NCBI GenBank assembly: GCA_963788195.1
Contig: CAWBGA010000017.1
Coordinates: 160,001 to 224,000, forward strand
DNA from: Nitrospirota bacterium
Lineage (GTDB): Bacteria; Nitrospirota; Nitrospiria; Nitrospirales; NS-4
DNA length: 64,000 bases
Direction: 5' to 3'
Under the pieces are notes generated by a model. That model searched no databases and was not told the origin of the DNA. It saw only the letters and a program-made list of their open reading frames with translations. Within the stretch, counting starts at the first letter, position 1, and the number at the start of each line of letters is the position of its first letter. Of this stretch, positions 20,032 to 30,340 are shown one piece after another. Both the position numbers and the translations under genes were made by a program.

Positions 20032-21319
20032 TCAAATGTTTGTTATCCGATCAGCTTGGACTGCCGGAACACTGGTGTCTTCCCCCTCCGTGCTGACGTG
20101 TCGCGAGGAACACAGCTCGTCTACGATCTTTCGAAACCGGCTGGGAGCATCGTACAGCCGAAAGGTGTCCGCCAGCCGCGCTGCCATCGTGTGGTAGGCT
20201 GGCTGGGCCAGCATCTTCGTCACGCAATCACGAATGCTCTTGCACCGTGACCGTCTCCGCGCGCAGCATCTCTCCGGCCCCCGTCCTGCAAACCGCATCC
20301 ATGTTCATGTATTGATCGATATTGCTAGGAAGTCCCAGAACCGGTGTACCAACGGCCAGCGACTGATGGGCCGTGGGACTCCCGCCGTTGCAAATGACCA
20401 AACTGGCTCTCGCGGCAGCCTCTCTCCCTGGGAGATAGTCGGTGACATAGAAGTTCCGCGGATTGTTCGGGGAAGCCGGTCGCCCGGCGGTCGCCACAAT
20501 GACTGAAACTTGAAGGTCGGCAAGAGCTTCAAACACACTGGGCAACAATTCCTCTCGACCTGAGCTTCCAAGCGCGACATAGACGATCGGTCTATCTGTC
20601 GGAAGTTGACTCCACCACTCGGGAAGCGTCATCTCGGGGGACCAGAGGATCGGCCCGACATAGTGATGGTTTGCCGGCAGCTTGTCGATCGGGATCATCT
20701 CCGGCACGTCCGGGTAGAGCACATGATCGGCAGAAATCTGCACATGGCGAAAATCACCGGGCAGGCCAGGCAAACCATATTCGCGTCTAAGGCGATTGAC
20801 TGGCCAGGCATGCCAGGCTATTACCCACTGCATGATCGGTTTGGCGATCCACTGAAAGATTCTGGGTCCATCGGGCACCGGCACGAGCCAATTTGACAAA
20901 GGACTCCAGTATGTATTGACGATCGCCATGTAGGGACATCGCGCGGTGGATGCGCTGATCGGCAGGGACATCCGGAAATCGCCGACGATAAGATCCGGGC
21001 CAATCTCCTGGATGACCTCTAGATCCTCCTTCACATAGGCGCGCAGTGTTGGTATATCGAAAAGCGGCGGGATCCTCCTCGTTTTCTGTAAAAAGCGTTT
21101 GCTTGACATCGAGCGGATTTGGCGAACAGGGAAGGGCACGTCTCCGAACAATCTTAAGAATCTTGGATCGCAGGCGAAAAACACGTCATAGCGGGAGCAG
21201 TCCAGCGCGAGGGCCAGCACCATCGGCCTGGTGACATGGGCCAGCGTGACCGCTTCGGCGAAAAATAGAATCCGGGGACGTCTTTTCAGGGTCGGATTCT
21301 TTTCCTCTTGTTGCATCAC
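20032..21319 (-). CDS. GT-B glycosyltransferase, family 1 (MGT/UDP-glucuronosyl-like); indel near 20240
   Basis: AEAVTLAHVTRP, YVALGSSG, ICNGGSPT and PSNIDQ motifs. The C-terminal helix (IRDCVTKMLAQPAY...) lies in ORF 20032..20298. Confidence 0.85.
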
Positions 21320-21326
21320 AGAGGAT

Positions 21327-22112
21327 TCAAGGAAACGGCCCTCTCAAGGAAGGCTCGGCATGCGGCAATCCGCTCAGAGTTACTTCAAGGCTCGTTTGGG
21401 CTTCCGAAGCGCCCCTCAACTTGCGTGCCGGAATACCGCCCCACACCTCGCCGGGCGGAATGACGGTGCCTCGCGTCACTACAGAATATGCGGCAATCTT
21501 CGCGCCATTGCCGATCTGCACATCCGGCCAGATGAAGGAGCGGGCGCCGATCACGACGTCGTCCCCAACTTCCACCCAGCCTAGAAATAGTTCCTGGTCT
21601 TGAATCTGGTGCCCGGAGATGCAGACTTCGTGGCCGACCACGGTATGGCGCCCAATTGAAACAGCCCATGGGTCCGTCAGGACCACCCCGGAGGCGAGGA
21701 GCGTGTCTGCATAGAGCTTCGTACCCATGCCGCGATAGAAAAGATAGCGAAATATCATGTGGTCGTTGATGACGGACCTTAGGGGGCTGCCTATGTAGAA
21801 CACCATGACTCGAATAGCGAAAATCCACCCGTACACCTTTGGATCCTGCATCGAAAGTCGACCAGTGGGAAGGTTATTGAGCACCAGTACCCTGGTGAGG
21901 ACGAGGATGCCTATAAAGGTCAGTGGAGCCGCGACCATTCCCACTAAGGTGAAGAGCAGGAGGATGTAAAGCGGCGAACTGCGGAAGCCCCACAGCAGAT
22001 AAATGGGCCCCGCAAAACACGAAAAGTACGCGAGACTGGCATACAGCAGCATAATGACATCCCCGAATGCATACTCATAGCCTTTGGCCTTGTTTTGTTT
22101 TTCCTGGCTCAT
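21327..22112 (-). CDS. Membrane-anchored hexapeptide-repeat (left-handed beta-helix) acyltransferase-like protein
   Basis: Two to three N-terminal TMs, then VEVGDDVVIGARSFIWPDVQIGNGAKIAAYSVV and WGGIPARK. Confidence 0.8.
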   Translation of the reverse strand: MSQEKQNKAKGYEYAFGDVIMLLYASLAYFSCFAGPIYLLWGFRSSPLYILLLFTLVGMVAAPLTFIGILVLTRVLVLNNLPTGRLSMQDPKVYGWIFAIRVMVFYIGSPLRSVINDHMIFRYLFYRGMGTKLYADTLLASGVVLTDPWAVSIGRHTVVGHEVCISGHQIQDQELFLGWVEVGDDVVIGARSFIWPDVQIGNGAKIAAYSVVTRGTVIPPGEVWGGIPARKLRGASEAQTSLEVTLSGLPHAEPSLRGPFP

Positions 22113-22450
22113 AGCGAGGAATCGCCTGAAAACTGTTTTAAGACTCGGAGTAGTTTCATTATCAGCCGGACGTTGCCCTGAGATATAAGACAGCGGTCAG
22201 ACAAGACGTAGTGCAATTTTATCGAGAGCAATGGCCATCGACGTTCCCGGAACATGCAGCGCAGACATACTTAGATGATATCATGAGGACGGGTCTTCAT
22301 CAAAACTACAAACAAGATGGCACTGGAATTAATAGGCCTGGCAAGGAGATGTATCGAGCGGATGGTCATCGCTGTGCGAATCAGTGCTACTGGTCAGAAG
22401 GACCTTACCTGGGTGGGAGGGGACGTCTTCACAGAGACGGAACTCGCTCT

Positions 22451-23047
22451 TCAATGGGCAATGAGGCGTAACAATGGTACAGACGCAGAGACGAGGGCCT
22501 TTCCGGAAAATTCGATCTCATGCTGGAAGCGGGTGGCTATGATCCCAGCGAGGTTTCTGAACACTTTGGCTGCGAGGCGCGGCGTCGTGAGCACGAGGTC
22601 ATTGAGAGTTTTGACCGTTAGCCCTAGCAGCCGTGTTTCCTCCATCGCAATGACTGATCTTTTACGAAGCCCCGGCGCCGCGAAGGGCACTTCCCCGATG
22701 ACATCCCCTCGAAGATACACCGCCAGGGTGCTTAGTTCAGTCCCCTTCTGGGGAGCCACGTCCATTAAACTGCCTTCGAGCACTACAAATATCTCCCCCC
22801 CGCCGTCACCTGCCCGGACCGCCAGCTGACCGGAATGACACACCACAGAACGTCCGCGAGCCACCAGCAGGTCCGTTTCCTCCTTTGCGAGGCCTCGAAA
22901 GATGTCCGCCATGGCGCGATCCAATTCCGAAAGTGTCGGCCTCGGAACCGCTTGTTTGAATCCGCATGTCGTGGACGCTTGTTTTGTCGTCAGCTGGCCA
23001 TGGGGCACGGATTTCGGACCTCGGACACGATCTAATGGTGAAATCAT
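22451..23047 (-). CDS. Stand-alone cyclic-nucleotide-binding domain protein (degenerate paralog of the fusion C-termini)
   Basis: GGEIFVVLEG, GDVIGE and PRLAAKVFRNLAGIIA align with the cNMP domains of the two neighbouring genes. Confidence 0.75.
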   Translation of the reverse strand: MISPLDRVRGPKSVPHGQLTTKQASTTCGFKQAVPRPTLSELDRAMADIFRGLAKEETDLLVARGRSVVCHSGQLAVRAGDGGGEIFVVLEGSLMDVAPQKGTELSTLAVYLRGDVIGEVPFAAPGLRKRSVIAMEETRLLGLTVKTLNDLVLTTPRLAAKVFRNLAGIIATRFQHEIEFSGKALVSASVPLLRLIAH

Positions 23048-23083
23048 GCGGTAGTCTCCTGCACTCGAATAGAAAAGGTCATG

Positions 23084-24268
23084 TTACTCTTGAATGCTCT
23101 CGTAGTATTTGGTCTCGATTATTCGAGCGAGATTGCGAAACACCTTCGCCTTGAGCCGTGGCTCAGTCGTCACTTCACGATCCAAAGCTTTGGCATTCAG
23201 GACCAGAATGGTGGAATTTTCCATTGCCACCACCGTCATGGAGCGACGCCCCGAGGCCAGGAACGCGCCTTCTCCGAATATCTCGCCCGGCACCAAGATA
23301 GTCACCGTGGTCAATTCACCGTGATTCGGGCCTGACTCTCCCAACACCTGGAAGCACCCGTCTAATATTAAAAAGATCTCGCGTCCTTCTTCCCCGGTGG
23401 ACAGAATGGGATCGCCGGCCCGGCAGGAGACAATTTGCCCCATGGACACGAGCAGCTTCGTCTCAGATTCCGTCAAGTCAGTCAAAATGTCGGAAGGTTC
23501 GACGTCCGGTCCCATGCCCAGCAGGCTTCCGCCTAAAAGCCCCCAAAAGGCGTCCTCATCCGCACCGGCTGACACAAAGGTATGGGCGGCCGCGGGGAAG
23601 TTTCGGAGCAGGAGATCGCGCCATTCGGTCGTTGTCGGGAAGTTTCGTGCAATGGATGTAAGTGGCGAATTGACCCGTTCGAGATGCTCGACATCGCCGC
23701 TCACAAGCACCATCGGAATCACATAGGTGTATTTCGGATGCTTGAAACCAGGCTTGTACATCCTGAAACCCAAGCGCGAATACAATGGCAATAACTTCGG
23801 GTGGCAGTCCAGAAAACAAAATTGCTGCTTTTGCTTAGCCAAAAAATCGGCCACGGTGCACGACAGTTGCATCATGATGGCACTCCCACGCGCGCCCGAA
23901 TGCACAGCAAACCTCGAAGCCATGGCTACATGGGACGGATACGCAGGGGCAAATTTCTCCAGCTCAAAGCGGTCTTCGCACTCCCACGGTCCATCTCGCC
24001 GGAGGTTGATCCGCACACATCCTACTACTGCGCCCTTTTGCCGCATGTAAAACTGCACCGCATGATCATCCAGTTCATCCCGCATCCGCCGTTCAGAGGA
24101 ATTCACTTCTGTGTGTCGTCGCGCCCCGTCCATTTCCTCGATGTAGACCTCGTACCGGAGGCGATAGATCTCCTCCTTCTCCGCGTCCGTTGTCGCGATG
24201 ACGACCCTCGATGCGACAGACGCAACGGTACTATCGTTTTCTAAAATCAAAGCGAGGGAATCAGGCAT
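23084..24268 (-). CDS. N-acyl amino acid synthase-like (FeeM/GNAT) acyltransferase fused to a cNMP-binding domain, paralog 1
   Basis: EIYRLRYEVYIEE, DELD, VGCVRI, SRFAV...RG and LYSRLGF in the N-terminal part; GEIFGEGAFLASGRRSMTVVA in the C-terminal part. Confidence 0.8.
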   Translation of the reverse strand: MPDSLALILENDSTVASVASRVVIATTDAEKEEIYRLRYEVYIEEMDGARRHTEVNSSERRMRDELDDHAVQFYMRQKGAVVGCVRINLRRDGPWECEDRFELEKFAPAYPSHVAMASRFAVHSGARGSAIMMQLSCTVADFLAKQKQQFCFLDCHPKLLPLYSRLGFRMYKPGFKHPKYTYVIPMVLVSGDVEHLERVNSPLTSIARNFPTTTEWRDLLLRNFPAAAHTFVSAGADEDAFWGLLGGSLLGMGPDVEPSDILTDLTESETKLLVSMGQIVSCRAGDPILSTGEEGREIFLILDGCFQVLGESGPNHGELTTVTILVPGEIFGEGAFLASGRRSMTVVAMENSTILVLNAKALDREVTTEPRLKAKVFRNLARIIETKYYESIQE

Positions 24269-24542
24269 ACAATACAGTTCCTAATTTCTACCTACTTATC
24301 GACCAAACGACGCAACAAATAGAGCTTTCAGGACGGAATTGTGCACGGACGCTAAAAAAGCACGATCGCCGGCAATCTTGCCTTAGAATCATGTCCATCC
24401 ACAGAATGGATGGTTGGAGCTCTGAATCGGCAGGTGATCTCACCATGCCGCCATCAAGGCCGATTTGGTCACTGAACTGCGATTTAGCCGACGAGAAGTA
24501 GACCAGACACGGGGATGGGATTGACGTGAGGCCACTGTGATA

Positions 24543-25724
24543 TCAGCGTACCATGCTGTTGTAGTATCTGGTCTCAATTATTCGAGCGAGATTGCGGAAC
24601 ACCTTCGCGGCAAGCAGTGGCTCCGTGATCACTTCCCGATCCAAAGCTTTGGCGTTCAGGACGAGGATGGTGGAATTTTCCATCGCCACCACAGTCATGG
24701 AGCGACGCCCCGAGGCGAGAAACGCGCCTTCTCCGAAGATCTCCCCCGGCACCAGGATCGTGACCGTAGTCGCTTCCTCCACATGAGAGCCCCTGGAGTT
24801 CCACCCCAAGACCTTGAAGCGGCCGTCCAGAATCAAGAAGATCTCGCGTCCTTCCTCTCCGGTTGAGACAATGGGATCCCCGGCCCGGCACGAGACAACT
24901 TGGCCCATCGACACGATCAGCTTGGCCTCGGACTCCGTCAAGCCAGCGAGAATATCGGAAGGTTCGATGTCCGGCCCCATCCCCCGCAGGCTGCCCCCTA
25001 AGAGCCCCCAAAACGCGTCCCCATCCACATCCCCTGACACAAAGGTATTGGCGGCGGCGGGGAAGTTTCGGAGTAGGAGATTACGCCACTCAGTGGTCCG
25101 GGGATACTCACGCCAAATGGAAACGAGCGGCGAGTTCACGCGTTCGAGATGCTCAAGGTCGCCGGATGTTAATACCATCGGAATGACATAGGTATATTTC
25201 GGATGCTTGAAACCGGGCCTGTACAGCCTGAAACCCAGGCGCGAATACAGCGGCAACAACTTCGGATGGCAGTCAAGGAACAGATAGCGCTGGTCTTCCT
25301 CGATCCAATGTCGGGCGACGGCAAACGACAGTTGCATCATGATGGCACTTCCGCGGGCATGAGCGTGCACGGCGAACCTTGAGGCCATCGCCACGTGGGA
25401 CGGATACGCAGGTGCAAATTTGTCCAGCTCAAAGCGGTCTTCACATTCCCACGGCCCATCTCGGCGAAGGTTCAATCGCACACACCCGACAATCGCGTCC
25501 TGCTGCCGGATGTAAAACTGCACCGCCCGATCATCCAGTTCATCCCGCATCCGCCGTTCAGAGGAATCGACTTCTGTGTGTCGCCGCGCCCCGTCCATTT
25601 CTTCGATATAGACCTCGTACCTTAGGCGATAGATCTCCTTCTTCTCTTCGTCCGTAGTTGCGATGACGACCTTCGGCACCCGGGAAGGGTGTTTTTCTAT
25701 AGGTATCGCTCGGGAATAAGCCAT
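24543..25724 (-). CDS. N-acyl amino acid synthase-like (FeeM/GNAT) acyltransferase fused to a cNMP-binding domain, paralog 2
   Basis: Same architecture, with long identical peptide stretches shared with 23084..24268. Confidence 0.8.
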   Translation of the reverse strand: MAYSRAIPIEKHPSRVPKVVIATTDEEKKEIYRLRYEVYIEEMDGARRHTEVDSSERRMRDELDDRAVQFYIRQQDAIVGCVRLNLRRDGPWECEDRFELDKFAPAYPSHVAMASRFAVHAHARGSAIMMQLSFAVARHWIEEDQRYLFLDCHPKLLPLYSRLGFRLYRPGFKHPKYTYVIPMVLTSGDLEHLERVNSPLVSIWREYPRTTEWRNLLLRNFPAAANTFVSGDVDGDAFWGLLGGSLRGMGPDIEPSDILAGLTESEAKLIVSMGQVVSCRAGDPIVSTGEEGREIFLILDGRFKVLGWNSRGSHVEEATTVTILVPGEIFGEGAFLASGRRSMTVVAMENSTILVLNAKALDREVITEPLLAAKVFRNLARIIETRYYNSMVR

Positions 25725-25837
25725 ACGTGGTTTTTCAAGTATATCCCTACTTCGACCAAACCGGAAAGAATGGAGTGACCGCGTTGCTCTACGGTTTCCA
25801 AATCACATCATTCATAGAATAGATGGTCGCTACCTGG

Positions 25838-26821
25838 CTACCATCTCAGCAGCGCGGTTCCCCACGTAAGTCCGCTGCCGATAGTGGCCAGGAGAACCAG
25901 ATCGCCCGGCTTAATCTGACCTGCCTGAACCACAGCGTCCAAGGTTAAGGGAAGCGACGATGAAGAGGTATTGCCGTAGCGTTCGATCGTGCTGGCCGTT
26001 TGAGATGGCGAGATACCGAGCCGCTCCACGACCTTTTCCAACAGCCGCCCATTTGCCTGGTGGAATAGGAACCAGCGCACTTCGCTGACGACCAACCCGT
26101 GGGCTTTCAGCGTTTCCAAGACGGCGATTTCAAGACGACATACAGCCCGACGGAATAATCGGGGGCCCTGCATTGTCAAGGCGTGCAACCCTTCAGTCAC
26201 CGTTTTTTCAGAGCACGGTAACCGCGAGCCGCCGGCTTTGATGCCGATTAAATCTGCGAAAGCGCCGTCCGAGTGTAATGTGATTGAGCAGATGCCGTGT
26301 TCATCATGTGAGGGTGCCAAGATCACCGCTGCCCCGCCGTCACCGAACAATATTGCGGTTGTAGCGTCCTTACAATTAAGAAATCGCGACTTGACCTCTG
26401 CCGCGATTACCAGGACACGGCCGCCCTTACTGGCGCGTATTAACTGATCCCCCACAGAAAGCGCATATAAAAACCCCGAGCAGGAGGCTGAGAGGTCAAA
26501 GGCAAAGGCGCGCGTGGCGCCAAGCAGTCGCTGGACATGGCATGCGGATGATGGGAGCGGCGTATCAGGCGACGTCGTCGAGAGGATGATCGCATCCAGA
26601 GACTCAGCGCCCTCGCCCGCCCTCTCTAAGGCAACCGCAGCAGCGCGCGCTGCGAGATCAGCCGTTGACTCTTCCGGCTCCGTCCAGCGACGCTCCTTGA
26701 TGCCGGTTCGGCGTTGAATCGCTGCCGCGCTCAAGCCGGTAAGCCGACCCAGTTCTTCATTATCGACGACGCGGTGGGGCACAGCTGCTCCCGTTGCAAT
26801 GATCCGCGCCTGCATTGCCAT
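25838..26821 (-). CDS. fabH: 3-oxoacyl-ACP synthase III
   Basis: Catalytic triad motifs ASCSGF, HQAN and GNTSS; LFGDG. Confidence 0.93.
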   Translation of the reverse strand: MAMQARIIATGAAVPHRVVDNEELGRLTGLSAAAIQRRTGIKERRWTEPEESTADLAARAAAVALERAGEGAESLDAIILSTTSPDTPLPSSACHVQRLLGATRAFAFDLSASCSGFLYALSVGDQLIRASKGGRVLVIAAEVKSRFLNCKDATTAILFGDGGAAVILAPSHDEHGICSITLHSDGAFADLIGIKAGGSRLPCSEKTVTEGLHALTMQGPRLFRRAVCRLEIAVLETLKAHGLVVSEVRWFLFHQANGRLLEKVVERLGISPSQTASTIERYGNTSSSSLPLTLDAVVQAGQIKPGDLVLLATIGSGLTWGTALLRW

Positions 26822-26917
26822 GCGTTGTCCAGGTGGATTGAAGGCGGATTATATCTTACTTATCGTGGTAATTTAAACTTGAGTTTGAATGGACACCTTG
26901 ATAAGGTTGAAATCAAT

Positions 26918-27805
26918 ATGCGAGGTTCCCTTCCTGTCGTAGCCCTAGGGCTCACCGTGTTCCTTCTCAGTAGTTGTTCCAGTACGCCTAAAGACCCTAC
27001 TACCACTGATACCAGCGCATCAAAGGTTGATGCCGATGAGCAGGTGCTGAAGCAGGATCCGTTGGAACGCAATTACGATCCTCATGTGATCATGAAGCGG
27101 GCCGAATCGTTCTTTGAGAAAGAGGACTACGCCGAGGCCGGGGTCGAGTACCAACATTTTCTGGATCTCCATAAAACCCACATTCTGGCGCCGTATGCCC
27201 AGTATCGTCTGGGGCTGAGCTACTTTAGGCAGGTCACGACACGGGACCGGGATCCTGAGCCGGTGCGTAAGGCAATGGACGCGATGACATTGCTATTAAA
27301 GGAGTACCCAAGTAGCTCTTACGAAAATGACGCTCGTGCGAGGATTAAAGAATGCCGCGAACATTTGGCTTCTTACGAGCTGTATGTGGGGAAACACTAT
27401 TATCGGGTAACTGCCTATTTAGCGGCTTTGCATCGGTTTGAAACTGTCGTGAAGCTCTACCCCGACTCAGAAGCGTTTTCCGAGGCAACCTATTCCTTGG
27501 CGTTGACTTATGCCGATCTTGGCTCCAACGATCGGGCAGTGGAATACCTAACACGACTGTTGAAACAGCATCCGGCGAAAGACAAGGCGACCAATGACAG
27601 CCGTATATTATTGGCAAAGCTAACCCGTCGTCCGGGGAAAGATCGTCCGGGGAAAGAGGTCATCGCCTTAGCGCCCCGTAGTTCCCGGCCGCCGATTCCA
27701 GCCGACTTGCCGAAAGCCTCGTCAACGAAGACCCCTGCGTTGTTGCCGTCTCCTGACAGCCTATCCACCCCGACCGTTACCTGTGCCCTTAACGTCAGTT
27801 GTTAG
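26918..27805 (+). CDS. bamD: Outer membrane protein assembly factor BamD
   Basis: LSSC lipobox, TPR repeats, PYAQYRLGLSYF, RDPEP and LASYELYVGKHYY motifs. Confidence 0.88.
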   Translation: MRGSLPVVALGLTVFLLSSCSSTPKDPTTTDTSASKVDADEQVLKQDPLERNYDPHVIMKRAESFFEKEDYAEAGVEYQHFLDLHKTHILAPYAQYRLGLSYFRQVTTRDRDPEPVRKAMDAMTLLLKEYPSSSYENDARARIKECREHLASYELYVGKHYYRVTAYLAALHRFETVVKLYPDSEAFSEATYSLALTYADLGSNDRAVEYLTRLLKQHPAKDKATNDSRILLAKLTRRPGKDRPGKEVIALAPRSSRPPIPADLPKASSTKTPALLPSPDSLSTPTVTCALNVSC

Positions 27806-27978
27806 CGTAACCCTCCCCATTCATCCAGAAACAGGTTCCTTGTCGCTTCCTGCAGCGCGTCACTCGGCTCACTGATGGATGCGAGATGTGTCTCTTTTGC
27901 AGGGGCGCTTACGTACCGAAGGAGAATGTCCTACCGTGAAGGGAGCGTCCTATGCTGCGAATATAACGTGAGTGGAAT

Positions 27979-29563
27979 ATGAAAGTTTTAGCGTGGCTTG
28001 CCATCGGTATCGTCGGTATTGTCTTGGTCGCGGCCGTGGCGCTCTTTTTTATCGATGAGCCGTTGCGCGCCTTCATCGAACGCCAACTGAACCAGCGTGT
28101 GGAAGGCTATCATTTTACCATCGGCAAAGCTCAATTATATCCGAATCTGTCTCTCGACATAGAGAATGTTGTGATGGTGCAAACCAAGCATCCGAAACCT
28201 CCCGTGGCCGTCATCCCCAAATGGCATTTCAGCATTCAATGGCGGCACATCTTTTCCGGCGTGCTCGTGAGCGATTATTTAATTGAGCGCCCGACCCTTC
28301 ACATCACACTCTCTCAGGCAAAAAAAGAGGTCGCCGACGAAGTGCCCATCCACGAAAAGGGATGGCGGGACGCCGTGTACTCGTTCTATCCCATCAAGAT
28401 CAATGAATTTAAAGTCGTCGACGCAGACGTCACCTACGTCGATCAGGATCCGTCGAAACCGCTGCATTTGACTCACCTAAACTTGAAAATTGGGAACATT
28501 CGAAACATCCGGTTCGCGAACGACAGCTATCCTTCGGATCTCAGCATCGATGGTAATCTCTTCGAATCCGGACGAATTGAGCTAAAAGGCCACGCGAATT
28601 TTCTCGCAGAACCCAACGTCGGCATCAATGCGAATATGGCGTTACGTCACGTCTCGCTTGAACATCTCCTGCCGGTGACCGGCCGGTATAACGTTCAGCT
28701 CCGCGGAGGGGTGCTTTCTGCCGAAGGTCGTCTCGAAATCACCGCCGAAGGAGAGACTATCGCGAACTTAAAGACATTGAGTGTGAACAACGCACGGCTC
28801 GATTACGTTCATGCCGCTGAGACGAAGACGAAAGAAACACAGGTAGCCAAGGCGGCCGGCCAAACGGTCAAGACACTCCAAAACAAGCCTCAGACCCTCG
28901 TGCGAATCGATCACGCGGAGATCAAGAACAGTGAGTTCGGCTTGGTCAACGAAGCAGCCAAGCCCGCGTACAGGGTCTTTCTAAGCAAAGCCGAACTCCA
29001 GCTTCAAAACATCAGCAACCAGTTCACCGAAGGCACCGGGGTTGCCAAGATGAAGGGGGAATTTATGGGCACCGGCCATACGGTGCTCAGCGCGACCTTC
29101 CGGCCTGAGACGAAATCGCCTGATTTCGATTTGAATATCAAGATCGAGAACACCGATATGCGCGCCATGAACGACCTGCTGCGGGCCTACGGCAACTTCG
29201 ATGTGACCGCCGGCGCCTTCTCCGTGTACTCAGAACTCAGCGTCAACCAGGGAAAGATTGAGGGATATGTCAAACCGCTTTTTAAGGATATGAAGGTATA
29301 CGATCCGCGCCAGGACAAAGAAAAGACCACTGTGGCAAAAGATGTACGAAGGCCTGGTGGGGGGTATCGCAGGTCTGCTGGAGAACAGACCCCGTGAAGA
29401 AGTGGCGACGAAGGTGGCAATCGAAGGGAACCTGGAGAATCCCCAAACCAGTACGTGGCAGACGGTCGTCAACCTGATTCAAAACGCCTTCTTTAAGGCG
29501 ATCCTACCCGGATTTGAGCGAGAGGTCACACGCTGCCGCCAAGGTAAGGAGCTGACCTCGTAG
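27979..29563 (+). CDS. DUF748/AsmA-like protein; indel near 29330-29345
   Basis: N-terminal TM, beta-rich repeats, GYVKPLFKD. The C-terminus YEGLVG...IQNAFFKAILPG lies in ORF 29342..29563. Confidence 0.8.
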
Positions 29564-29591
29564 GCGCGGGAACCAGGCGAGTCTCCGGCCG

Positions 29592-30338
29592 TTATTGGCC
29601 GATGTACCAGCCGATCCCGTTTCGCTCCAGCATGCTCGTGAGAACAGTGAGTGAATTGGTATAGATCATCACGCCTACCAGTATGAGGAACACACCACTG
29701 ACTACCGTGATGCTGTGCATGTAGGCTTTGATCTTTTTGAAGTAATTCAAAAAGGAATCGATGGCAAGGGCGGTGATAAATAGGGGCAAGGCGATGCCCA
29801 TCGAGTAACTCGCGAGCAACTTGACCCCGGTGAGCATTGAATCGGTGGTGCTGGCGTAGACGAGGATCGTGCCTAATATCGGGCCGACGCAGGGGGTCCA
29901 GCCCGCGGCGAAGGCGACGCCGACGAGAAATGAGCCGACATATCCGGCCGGGCGCCTGTTAAAGTGAACGCGCTGGTCGGCCATCAGAAACTTTAGCTTG
30001 AGCAGCCCCATGACATAGAGCCCGAAGAAGACGATCACGACTCCTCCAAGTTTGCGGAGAAAGTCTTGATAGGTCAGCAGCAGCTGTCCGGCCAAACTTG
30101 CAGAGGCGCCGAAGGCGATGAAGACAGCAGAGAAGCCACCGATGAACAACAGCGAGTTCAGGATGATTGTGCCGCGGACACGCGCGCGGTCCGTCTCGCT
30201 GGTAAGCTCCTCGAGGGTCAAGCCCGTGATGTAGGTGACGTATGACGGCACGAGAGGTAACACGCACGGAGAGACGAACGACAAGAGGCCGGCCGCAAAG
30301 GCAATGAACAGGGAGATATCCGGGCCGTGCTGAAACAT
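29592..30338 (-). CDS. ccdA: Cytochrome c biogenesis protein CcdA
   Basis: SFVSPCVLPLVP and GWTPCVGPIL motifs. Confidence 0.95.
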   Translation of the reverse strand: MFQHGPDISLFIAFAAGLLSFVSPCVLPLVPSYVTYITGLTLEELTSETDRARVRGTIILNSLLFIGGFSAVFIAFGASASLAGQLLLTYQDFLRKLGGVVIVFFGLYVMGLLKLKFLMADQRVHFNRRPAGYVGSFLVGVAFAAGWTPCVGPILGTILVYASTTDSMLTGVKLLASYSMGIALPLFITALAIDSFLNYFKKIKAYMHSITVVSGVFLILVGVMIYTNSLTVLTSMLERNGIGWYIGQ

Positions 30339-30340
30339 TG

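Noticed and set aside
22113..22450. Short + strand ORFs between the LbH gene and the cNMP gene
   Set aside because: No motifs or clear RBS, and partly antisense to the cNMP gene.
23084..25724. LuxI-type AHL synthases
   Set aside because: They share the fold and RLRY motif but lack the LuxI F..RL.W and E.D.FD pattern, no luxR is nearby, and the ThiF context favours FeeM-like enzymes.
25838..26821. fabH as a definite member of the biosynthetic cluster
   Set aside because: It is adjacent and co-oriented, but it is a canonical FabH next to the core gene bamD. Membership cannot be supported from the sequence alone.
27628..27656. Tandem duplication cgtccggggaaaga (RPGKD-RPGKE) in the BamD tail
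   Set aside because: Two copies in a low-complexity tail; no evidence of function.
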